A stretch of 64,000 bases of DNA from an uncultured virus (IMG/VR IMGVR_UViG_3300022924_000206) (taxonomy: Duplodnaviria; Heunggongvirae; Uroviricota; Caudoviricetes), in IMG/VR virus record IMGVR_UViG_3300022924_000206; one strand, written 5' to 3'. Positions 9,443-17,730 of this stretch are shown here, in pieces. How positions within the stretch are numbered: the stretch's first letter is position 1; every line of letters begins with the position of its first letter. The translations under genes were made by a program, and so were the position numbers. Below the pieces are notes generated by a model that was given only the letters and a program-made list of their open reading frames with translations, was not told the origin of the DNA and searched no databases.

Positions 9443-9604
9443 TTGACGCAAACCTACCAAAAAGGCCTGGACAACAACTGATGAATTTTAGTTGTCCAGG
9501 CCTTTTTGGTGGTTTATTGACGCGAACCTACCATAATTTCGTATTCAATAGTTCACCCGCTATTTACTTAATGTGTTTTGGCGGTTATTTGACGTAAACC
9601 TACC
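9443..9604. repeat. Three 16-bp direct repeats TTGACGYRAACCTACC
   Basis: Copies at 9443, 9517 and 9589, between convergent genes. Confidence 0.8.
9456..9510. terminator. Long hairpin / bidirectional terminator
   Basis: ACCAAAAAGGCCTGGACAAC ... GTTGTCCAGGCCTTTTTGGT. Confidence 0.75.
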
Positions 9605-9617
9605 GTAGCCAGTTATG

Positions 9618-10484
9618 TTACTTTTCAGTACCTAAATGCTCGCGAATATTAGCAGGGATCTTGTTGAACTTATCTTCTTTTACTTTTGTGAAGTAGTCCG
9701 AATCATCCGTTTTATTGCGTTCATCGCTGTAATTTACGAGCCAAAACCAAGGCCTTTCCTCCCAGGTAGGAAGGAACTCTCCGTGAGCACGTAATTGAGA
9801 TAAAGTATGCTTCAAACCATCTCGAACATCGTGGTAGCCGGCCCAAACATCCCCGTCAGTTAGGTGTCCACTCGAGGTGTGCTGCCAAAAATTCTTTGTA
9901 TCGTTTGGCCGCCAGTTGTAGTAGATCTTGGTGTTATTCACTCTAGCACCGTTATAAGACTCAACAGTAGCTAGCACACCATCTGGATTCCAAAGAACTT
10001 TGTACTGCTCATCCACCACTTCGGAATCCGGATACCAGGCCGTGCTCTTGAAAGTTTCACTGTAAGCCTCTTCAAAACCTAGTTCTTTGTAAATAGCCAG
10101 AGTCTCATCGAAGCTAATGTTGTAGTGAGTATCGTTGGAATCCTTGAGAAGTGCCTGCTTCTTTTTATTGTGAGACATATGCAGTAGCATTCCCAAAGCT
10201 GCGGTCTCTTCATCATCCTTGTAGGATTTACCGGTGATCTTCTCAGCACCGCCTAATGGATCGAAATTCAGAGTGTTTTCAATCATATCCGCGATTGAGT
10301 TCTCTTCCTCACCTCTACTAACAAAGGACGTGAGAAGATCTAACTTCTGCTGGTTTTCAAAACCTTCACGAGCAGCTTCAACACTGTCATAGTGAATGGC
10401 GTCCTCACCGAACGGACAATTACCCTCTGAAGCTGAACAGCGTCCCGGGTTACCTGTCTTCGGATTAACATGATACTTAGCCAT
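9618..10484 (-). CDS. Hypothetical protein with N-terminal YH-C-CP-H module
   Basis: MAKYHVNPKTGNPGRCSASEGNCPFGEDAIHY; GGAGG RBS. Confidence 0.8.
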   Translation of the reverse strand: MAKYHVNPKTGNPGRCSASEGNCPFGEDAIHYDSVEAAREGFENQQKLDLLTSFVSRGEEENSIADMIENTLNFDPLGGAEKITGKSYKDDEETAALGMLLHMSHNKKKQALLKDSNDTHYNISFDETLAIYKELGFEEAYSETFKSTAWYPDSEVVDEQYKVLWNPDGVLATVESYNGARVNNTKIYYNWRPNDTKNFWQHTSSGHLTDGDVWAGYHDVRDGLKHTLSQLRAHGEFLPTWEERPWFWLVNYSDERNKTDDSDYFTKVKEDKFNKIPANIREHLGTEK

Positions 10485-10531
10485 AATCGACCTCCGCTAA
10501 AATTTCTAACTTTTCTATTTAAGTCGCGCTT

Positions 10532-12802
10532 TTACTTGACGAATTTAGCGGTGAAGCCACTCGGGCTCATAAACGTGAGTCCCAATTTGGTGGCTTTTTG
10601 AACTTTGGCGGAAGTTTCACTAGGATCACCGATCACATAGGTAGTGTCAGCCTTTGGTCCCGAGTGGAAGGTACCACCGTTAGCCTCCACGTAATCGACC
10701 CATTGACCACGATTGCCAAAACCAGGAGGAACGGAGCCGGAGATAGCAAAACTAATTCCACTTAGATCCACGGCGGTGGGTGACGGTGCCGGTTTAGCGG
10801 CTCCCTCGCCAAAGGTTACTCCTGCTGCCCGGAGCTTGTCGATGAGTGGGCGGCGCTGCTTCAAACCTGTATAGATCTTTTCGGCTTTAATCTCACCGAA
10901 CCCGTCCATGGCGGCAATCTGATCCTTAGATGCAGCAAGAATACCATCGAGGTCACCGAACTTACGCTCTAGATCCTTTGATGCGCTTCTACCGAGAAGG
11001 TCAATTGCTAGCGCCGGAAGCATTTTCGCTAACGGACGAGTTTTTGATTTCTCAATGTATTCAACAATGTGGGTAGCTCTCTTCTCTCCCAATCTACGAG
11101 GGTTACCGTTTACGGATTCTCCTAGCTGAGAATCGGCTAGCTCCTCCATGGTCAAGCTATAGAGGTCAGCCATATCTAGAACTCGCCCGATTGAGTTGAG
11201 GTACTCTAGGGAAGATTCACTCATGCCGTCAATATCCATGTAGCTCTTGCTAACGGCCGTCTTCAAAGCGAAGAATTTACGGGAATCACAGTCATTGTTT
11301 GGGCAACGAAGAGTCCGCGGAGGCCAGATCTTTTCCTCTTTATTGAAGCTCAGAAGAGTTCCACATGAGGGGCACTGATTAGGAACCTGAACCTCTTCGG
11401 TGCCTTCGGGATTTGAGATAACAACTTTGATCTGCGGAATGATCTCGTTAGCCTTCTCGATGAGAACAATGGAGCCCACGCGGATACCCTTAGTAGCTAC
11501 CAAGTTGTAGTTGTGAAGAGAGGCGTTCTGAACGGTGGAACCGTCTAGTTCCACGGCACGAACTTTCGCCACCGGAGTCACCTTACCGGAACGTCCCACC
11601 GTGATGCTAATGGAAAGCACCTCGGTGGTGGCCGTGGCAGCAGGATACTTCCAAGCTACCTGAGAGACGGGGTGGTGAGATGTGTAACCCATGGATGAAA
11701 GAAGTTCCGCCTCATTGGTGGGCTTGATGACCACACCGTCCGTGGGGAAATCGAAGTTCTCTCGAAGCTTACCGAATTCATGGACAGCCTCCATGAGCTC
11801 AGCGTTGGTGTTGAAACCACTCAAAACTAGGGTTGGGGTAGCCTTGTCAGTGAACTCATCAATGGAAACGAAACCCTGATCCCCAAGTTCAGTGAGCTCA
11901 TCCGGTTTACCGTTCTTGATAACCGAGTAGGCGGCGAAGGTGAACTCAACGGGATAGTCGACACCACTCTTAGCGGCCTTCATTAGTCCCGTGGCCGAGT
12001 TACGAGCATTCTTAAAGCGTTGGCCAGTGCTTTTGAATCTTTCTTCGTCCACGGCTTTGAACTGAGAGTTAGTGAAGAAAAGCTCACCGCGAATCTCGAG
12101 AGATTCCAACTCAGAAATAGTGTTCTCTAGCCCCTTGACTTTTACCTTGGGGTCCCGAATGAGATAAGTGGTGTCCTCACCGTGGGTACCGTCACCACGG
12201 GTGGAAAGCCTAAACAATTTTCCGTTGGCATATTCCGCAGCAACGGCCAAACCGTCCATTTTAGCCTGGAGGCGGAAGTCCTTGGCGCCCGCAGCGCGAG
12301 CTTTGTCAAGGAAAGAAATAAGGTCTCTTTCCTCTTTAGCCTTGGCGAGTGAAAGCATGGGGAGAGCATGCTCAACTGTTTCACCCTCTGCCGTGGTTCC
12401 TAGAGCCGGGTCATTCTCAAGAAGATTGAAACCCTTAGAGCCCTCGGCGAAAATATCTTCGTAAGCACCTGAATCGGCTAGCTCCTGAAGATACTCAAGT
12501 TTAGCATCGAACTCCTCGTCCGTGAGCGGGGATTCAATACCTTTTTGGTAGTAAGCATCCGAAGCTTCGTAAAGCTCATCCACCATGGACTGCACCGTCT
12601 CGGGGGGAATAGCTATGGTGTTCTTCTTCTTAGTGAGCTGACCGACTCGATACTCGTCTGCCATGAGCTCTTCTGCGGCAGTTTGAGCAGCTGCGAATGA
12701 GTCGTAGTGCTGATCGGCACCGCCTAGAGGGCAATTACGAATAGAGGCTGAGCACGGTTTAGCACCGTCAGGCGTTACATGAAAAAGGGTACTTGATGAC
12801 AC
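10532..12802 (-). CDS. ligA: NAD-dependent DNA ligase with an added N-terminal FH-C-CP-H module
   Basis: Domain Ia YY...D.EFD, PMLSL, adenylation motif KMDG, TRGDG, EIRGE, DGVVIK, OB fold GRSG, Cys4 zinc finger, HhH repeats, BRCT-like tail. Confidence 0.92.
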   Translation of the reverse strand: MSSSTLFHVTPDGAKPCSASIRNCPLGGADQHYDSFAAAQTAAEELMADEYRVGQLTKKKNTIAIPPETVQSMVDELYEASDAYYQKGIESPLTDEEFDAKLEYLQELADSGAYEDIFAEGSKGFNLLENDPALGTTAEGETVEHALPMLSLAKAKEERDLISFLDKARAAGAKDFRLQAKMDGLAVAAEYANGKLFRLSTRGDGTHGEDTTYLIRDPKVKVKGLENTISELESLEIRGELFFTNSQFKAVDEERFKSTGQRFKNARNSATGLMKAAKSGVDYPVEFTFAAYSVIKNGKPDELTELGDQGFVSIDEFTDKATPTLVLSGFNTNAELMEAVHEFGKLRENFDFPTDGVVIKPTNEAELLSSMGYTSHHPVSQVAWKYPAATATTEVLSISITVGRSGKVTPVAKVRAVELDGSTVQNASLHNYNLVATKGIRVGSIVLIEKANEIIPQIKVVISNPEGTEEVQVPNQCPSCGTLLSFNKEEKIWPPRTLRCPNNDCDSRKFFALKTAVSKSYMDIDGMSESSLEYLNSIGRVLDMADLYSLTMEELADSQLGESVNGNPRRLGEKRATHIVEYIEKSKTRPLAKMLPALAIDLLGRSASKDLERKFGDLDGILAASKDQIAAMDGFGEIKAEKIYTGLKQRRPLIDKLRAAGVTFGEGAAKPAPSPTAVDLSGISFAISGSVPPGFGNRGQWVDYVEANGGTFHSGPKADTTYVIGDPSETSAKVQKATKLGLTFMSPSGFTAKFVK

Positions 12803-12979
12803 GAATTTCTCTCCTAGAACGGTGTTTTACACATCTCTATCTTATCAAAAAACTTCATTAGAAGATATATAGGGAAAGGGCGGCGGTTACTTTCAAAAAC
12901 GGTTATATTGCGGTGATATAAGGTAATCCAACACAAATGTATGCTCGTCAAGCCAGACGTTGCTCAGGAGTTTAGTTGC

Positions 12980-14206
12980 ATGAAAAATCGAACAGTTATA
13001 GCAGTAAGTTTAGGTATAGCGTTTTCTATCCTAACGACCTCAGTGGTTCCCGTTTCCGAGGCAAATGCGGCGGACGGCCATAAACAAATCTCAGCCTCCG
13101 TAACGGCCAGCAATAAGATTAAAGTCAAATGGAAACCGACCACTGGAGTGAAATACTACCAGGTGAGAACAGCCGCCACCGCGGACGGTAAAATAGAAGT
13201 CAAGAAATACAAGACGAAGAAGACTTCACTCACTGTTAAACCCACAAAGAGCGCCTCCGCCGCCTCCGGCAACTATACTTTCGTTAGGGTTTACGCCTAT
13301 AAGAAAAACGGGAAAATAGGTATTTCTTCCTACGTGAAAATTCGATTGAATCCAACTGTTCCACAGGCCGATGCTTCCAGGACCTCCGTTGCTACTTTCA
13401 ACGTGAGGACCGCAGCTGAAGAGACCAAAGGTCACACCTGGGCACAGCGACTACCTGCCATAGCAGCGCAAATAAATTCCTCCGGTGCAGAGATTATAGC
13501 CGTTCAAGAGGCGGGAGCAGTCATGGATAAAACTATCTATGGTCCTTACAACTACGACATCGACTGGCAATTTGAGCAACTAGAAAGAGCAGTGGACTCA
13601 AAATATGAACTAACGAATAGCCAAACATACGGCGATTATGGTAAAGAAGGCACCCGAATTCTCTATGATAGCTCCAAATACACTTTAGGCGCCACCGGGG
13701 TAATTGATCCTGGACACACCACAAAGGCGCTCACCCGCTGGATTCCTTGGGCTGAACTAATTGACTCAACCGGTAAAAAGCTCTATGTTATTTCCGTTCA
13801 TCTGGATAACCGCAAAGACACAGGCAAATCCAAAAAACTCTATGAGCTCAGAAAAGAGCAAACTCGTAGCGTGGTGGAACTAGCTAAACGTCTGGGAAGC
13901 GGTGGGGCTCAAGTGATTATAGCCGGGGACTTCAATAGCAACATCTACTCAACTCCGGATAACGGAGCTCAAAAGGTCGCGGTGAATGGTGGTTTTTATG
14001 ACACCTATGCCACAAAGAACAACATCAATGAATTTTACTTCACGGCTAATCCTAAGTGGACCAAACCTAAGAAGTCGGCCTCCAGGACCGATTACATATT
14101 CACCTACGGGCTGCTGAAAGGCTCCTACTCTTATAAAAATTTCATAGTGAAAAGTGGAGTAATTCCTTCGGATCATTATATGCAGCTAGCCGTGCTTCCT
14201 TACTAA
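12980..14206 (+). CDS. Secreted endonuclease/exonuclease/phosphatase (EEP) family protein
   Basis: Signal peptide (ANA); ATFNV, AVQEA, SVHL, IIAGDFNS, DYIF, SDH motifs; AGGAG RBS before ATG 12980. Confidence 0.85.
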   Translation: MKNRTVIAVSLGIAFSILTTSVVPVSEANAADGHKQISASVTASNKIKVKWKPTTGVKYYQVRTAATADGKIEVKKYKTKKTSLTVKPTKSASAASGNYTFVRVYAYKKNGKIGISSYVKIRLNPTVPQADASRTSVATFNVRTAAEETKGHTWAQRLPAIAAQINSSGAEIIAVQEAGAVMDKTIYGPYNYDIDWQFEQLERAVDSKYELTNSQTYGDYGKEGTRILYDSSKYTLGATGVIDPGHTTKALTRWIPWAELIDSTGKKLYVISVHLDNRKDTGKSKKLYELRKEQTRSVVELAKRLGSGGAQVIIAGDFNSNIYSTPDNGAQKVAVNGGFYDTYATKNNINEFYFTANPKWTKPKKSASRTDYIFTYGLLKGSYSYKNFIVKSGVIPSDHYMQLAVLPY

Positions 14207-14234
14207 ACATGGGTGTAGATTAGGCCGTGGGAGG

Positions 14235-14323
14235 CTACAGATCAAAGCCTAAGCGAGCTCCATGGTCATAACGAACACGACCAAGGCGTAGAGCGTAGAA
14301 AGCTTAGAACGCGAACTGCAGCG
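14235..14323. repeat. ~87-bp inverted-arm intergenic element, copy 1 (divergent)
   Basis: CTACAGATCAAAGCCTAAGCGAG ... CTTAGAACGCGAACTGCAGCG. Confidence 0.5.
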
Positions 14324-14337
14324 ATGTTTTATGAAAC

Positions 14338-15846
14338 TCAGGATTCGTAAAGCTCATCGAAATAAAGCGGATTAGGTGCTTTAGAACGAGCGCTATCTAA
14401 AGAGGCAAAACCAGCTTTTACGGCTTTCACGAGCTCATGTTCCATGGTGGTGCCGGTGTCTTCCATGTACTGACGAATACCAAGCACATCGCCCTTGAGC
14501 ACCATTTGCTTCAGTTCGCTGTTGATTTCAAGAACCTCTCGAACAGCGGTACGTTTCTTCCCATCCGGAGATTTCACGAGGGTCTGAGTCATCATTCCAC
14601 GAAGGTTATCCGCGAGGGTGGCAAGAACTCTAAGCTGCTCGTCACCCTCGTACATGGAGCGAATACGGTTAATAGTAGCGGGGCAGCTCGTGGTGTGCAG
14701 AGTCGAAATAGCTAAGTGGCCGGTCTCCGCGGCACGAAGAAGCTCGTCGATCTCTTCACGGTTACGAACCTCACCCACGAGGATGATGTTAGGAGCCTGA
14801 CGCATGGCGGAGGTCAAAGCTGCGGCGAAGGTTCTAGAGTCCTTACCAACTTCACGCTGAGTAATATAAGCCTTCTGTCCGGGCTTTACCCCATAAACGT
14901 ACTCAATCGGCTTCTCAATGGTGATGACCTTCTCAGCTCTAGTCATCTGAATCTCTTGAACCAAAGAGCTCAAGGTGGTGGACTTGCCGGAACCGGTAGG
15001 ACCATTTACTAGAACCAAGCCGTTAGGAAGGTTGACCCAGTTTCTCATATTCTGAGGAATATCCAGCTCATCCGGAGTAGGCATGGTAGCGGCGATCACA
15101 CGGAACACCATGAAGATATTGCTCTCTGTTTTACCCACGGAGAGACGCAGCCGTCGCCCCTTGTACTTACCGGACTTAACAACATAGCTAGTATCGAGCT
15201 CTAGCTCCTCAACGAAACTTTGCTCAAGAACATTGGAGATAATGGTCTGCTGTAGACGAACCGTCATGTTAGAGTCTATTTCACCAAACTCAGAAATACG
15301 TCGAATCTCACCGAGGACAGTGAACGCAACTTCATCGAAGGGAGCAAGGTGGATATCCGACGCTCCGGCCTCGATAGCCATGCCAATGACAGCATCGAGA
15401 TCGAGGTTAGAACCCTCGAAATCCATCTCATCCTCGAGGGATCGTGGTGATGAATAATCATCAATGGATGCCACCGGAGCAAGGGGCTCATCCGGCTCAA
15501 GAGTTCCGAGAAGATCTTCTAACGAATCAGTAGCCTCATAGCTGTACTCGTTATCCGTTAGAAGATCCGCCGGATCAAAAACTGTCTCTGGCACCGTTAG
15601 CTCAGGAATACCGGAGCCGGTCTCCACCCCGTCATAGTCAATCTCCCCGAGAAGAGACTCAAGGTCCGGCATCTCCGGCTCCTCCTCTTTACCGCTAGGT
15701 AGAGAGGTCGGCATTGAGTCAGGAAGCGCTATTGATTCTGGAAGGTCTGAAAACTCAGGAAGTTCAGATGGACCTTTAGCCTTAGGGAAAATACCTAGCT
15801 CTTCGTCGTCATCGTCATCAAGAAGAGGATTACGATTGTCAACCAT
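14338..15846 (-). CDS. pilT: PilT/PilU-family type IV pilus ATPase with long acidic N-terminal extension
   Basis: ASDIHL, Walker A GPTGSGKST, TIEKPIEY, QREVG.D, RQAPNIILVGEVR, TGHLAISTLH. Confidence 0.85.
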   Translation of the reverse strand: MVDNRNPLLDDDDDEELGIFPKAKGPSELPEFSDLPESIALPDSMPTSLPSGKEEEPEMPDLESLLGEIDYDGVETGSGIPELTVPETVFDPADLLTDNEYSYEATDSLEDLLGTLEPDEPLAPVASIDDYSSPRSLEDEMDFEGSNLDLDAVIGMAIEAGASDIHLAPFDEVAFTVLGEIRRISEFGEIDSNMTVRLQQTIISNVLEQSFVEELELDTSYVVKSGKYKGRRLRLSVGKTESNIFMVFRVIAATMPTPDELDIPQNMRNWVNLPNGLVLVNGPTGSGKSTTLSSLVQEIQMTRAEKVITIEKPIEYVYGVKPGQKAYITQREVGKDSRTFAAALTSAMRQAPNIILVGEVRNREEIDELLRAAETGHLAISTLHTTSCPATINRIRSMYEGDEQLRVLATLADNLRGMMTQTLVKSPDGKKRTAVREVLEINSELKQMVLKGDVLGIRQYMEDTGTTMEHELVKAVKAGFASLDSARSKAPNPLYFDELYES

Positions 15847-15913
15847 GGAGTCACTTTCAAATAGGGATTAATGCAAAACCTATATCAACCCTCATACGAA
15901 AACATTGAATAGA

Positions 15914-16423
15914 TCACCGAGGAGCAAGCCACCGTTTCATGGCGCTAAATTGCTCAAAAGTCCACCCCTCAGCGGCATCCACATGAATGAGCAGAGTATT
16001 GCCTCTCTCTTCAGCCCAACTTTGCGCGTCCTCGTGGAGCTCATCATCCACCCAAATGAGTGGAGCACCACGAGCGTAATCATCCACCCAAAGCTTCACA
16101 CTAGAGAGCTTCCAGCTCCGGTCCCCGTAATCATCGAGAGGAATATGGGGAATCGGCTCTGACAAACCTATGAAATCTTTAACAAGATTAGCTTCATCCG
16201 CCCAATTGCTAACCCAGACAAATTTGGCTCCAAGGGCGAGCAATTCAGCACCCCACCGCGGATGATTCACGGAGTCAAAAAGGCCACTATTCCAATCGCC
16301 CTTAACCCCGACAAAACGCGGATCAGCTCCTAAACCGGAGGCTTTGAAACGGTTCAATGGTCCATCAATATCCCAGAGCACCAGAGGCGGTTTATGAAAC
16401 AGCCTCTTTAGACTCAATTTCAC
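15914..16423 (-). CDS. HAD-family phosphatase (RNA-repair 'Swiss army knife'-type HAD)
   Basis: LWDIDGPLN, VWVSNW, WK, IWVDDE. Confidence 0.75.
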   Translation of the reverse strand: MKLSLKRLFHKPPLVLWDIDGPLNRFKASGLGADPRFVGVKGDWNSGLFDSVNHPRWGAELLALGAKFVWVSNWADEANLVKDFIGLSEPIPHIPLDDYGDRSWKLSSVKLWVDDYARGAPLIWVDDELHEDAQSWAEERGNTLLIHVDAAEGWTFEQFSAMKRWLAPR

Positions 16424-16509
16424 GCGGACTCCAAAATAAGTAGATTACATGTAGTTCCCATATCGTAAGCTTCAGGCACCAGTTTAGAAAGCTCTTAGGA
16501 GGTACCACC

Positions 16510-17661
16510 ATGACAAAATACCACATCAACCCAAAAACGGGTAACCCCGGAGCGTGTTCAGCCGCTCCCGGAGCCTGCCCCTTCGGCGGGGAGGCCAATC
16601 ACTACGAAAGCGCTAGCGATGCCCGCAAGGCTTTCGAATCCGCGAACACCACGGCCCCGGCGCTAGCTAAGAAGCCTGGAGTACGGCTAGAGAATAGAGC
16701 AGCGAAACACACTCCGGCGGCCACCTGGTCAGCGTTCCCAGAGACCGCTACCGATGAAGAACTAAAGAACGCTTCCGCCTACGCCGTGGTAAACAACAAG
16801 TTCGTAGCCATCACCGTGAAAGATACTCGTAACCCAGAGACAGATTTCACTAATTTGAGTGACTACGATGGAGCCGACTACCTCCACGTGGGAACTAAAT
16901 CCTACCTCATAGGAACACCGCAGGGAAACTTCATCAAGGTCTCCTACACCGCCGCCGTGGACGCTCAACGAGATGACTCATGGGAATTCAGCCCGGAAAT
17001 TTCAGCCTCCTACGCCTACTACAAAACTTTGGTGGACTTGAAAGCGAACACTCCTCAGGACGAAGTGAAACACCACACGGTGGACGATGAATCCATCACT
17101 AGAGAAAAAGGGCACAACTACGAGAGAAACGCCTACGATCATTACTCAAGCTCCTCAGCCCGCTCCGTGGCCGTGAGAGCCCTCAACGAGCTACCTCGCC
17201 CCTACGACATCGCTCGAATCGCCAGCCTGAAGAACTCGGATGTGAAACTTCCCAAAGAGACTATCCTCGGTGACAAGTACTTCCGCCACGCCAACCCAGA
17301 GGTTAGAGCGGCCACCGTGGCCCGTAAAGAGTTCCCAGCTGAAGCTCAAGCAGAGGCCCTAAAAGACTCAAGTTTCACCGTGCCCATCGCTCTAGCCCAG
17401 CGCCCGGATATCCAAAAAGAGCACATCGAAACCCTGCTAGCCATGGATAACCGTTGGACTCAATCCGACAATGGTGACTACGGAACCCCGAGATACCACC
17501 TGGTGAAGAACGAGAAACTACCTCTACGACTAATGAATAAGCTAGTCAAGGAAGGAACAGTTATAGACATGAGAGCCCTCCACAACAATAGAGGCCTTCC
17601 ACCGAAAGTTCGTGAGGCACTCGAGGCAAGAGCTAAAGGGCTAGCTCTCCGCCTGTGGTAA
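16510..17661 (+). CDS. YH-C-CP-H module protein with C-terminal helical (LRV/HEAT-like) repeats
   Basis: MTKYHINPKTGNPGACSAAPGACPFGGEANHY; AGGAGG RBS. Confidence 0.75.
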   Translation: MTKYHINPKTGNPGACSAAPGACPFGGEANHYESASDARKAFESANTTAPALAKKPGVRLENRAAKHTPAATWSAFPETATDEELKNASAYAVVNNKFVAITVKDTRNPETDFTNLSDYDGADYLHVGTKSYLIGTPQGNFIKVSYTAAVDAQRDDSWEFSPEISASYAYYKTLVDLKANTPQDEVKHHTVDDESITREKGHNYERNAYDHYSSSSARSVAVRALNELPRPYDIARIASLKNSDVKLPKETILGDKYFRHANPEVRAATVARKEFPAEAQAEALKDSSFTVPIALAQRPDIQKEHIETLLAMDNRWTQSDNGDYGTPRYHLVKNEKLPLRLMNKLVKEGTVIDMRALHNNRGLPPKVREALEARAKGLALRLW

Positions 17662-17674
17662 ACTCCCATCAATA

Positions 17675-17715
17675 AGTAAAAGCCCGGTGATCGTGGTACT
17701 CACCGGGCTTTTACT
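17675..17715. terminator. Bidirectional terminator
   Basis: AGTAAAAGCCCGGTGA...TCACCGGGCTTTTACT between convergent genes. Confidence 0.8.
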
Positions 17716-17730
17716 ATTAACGGACCTCTA

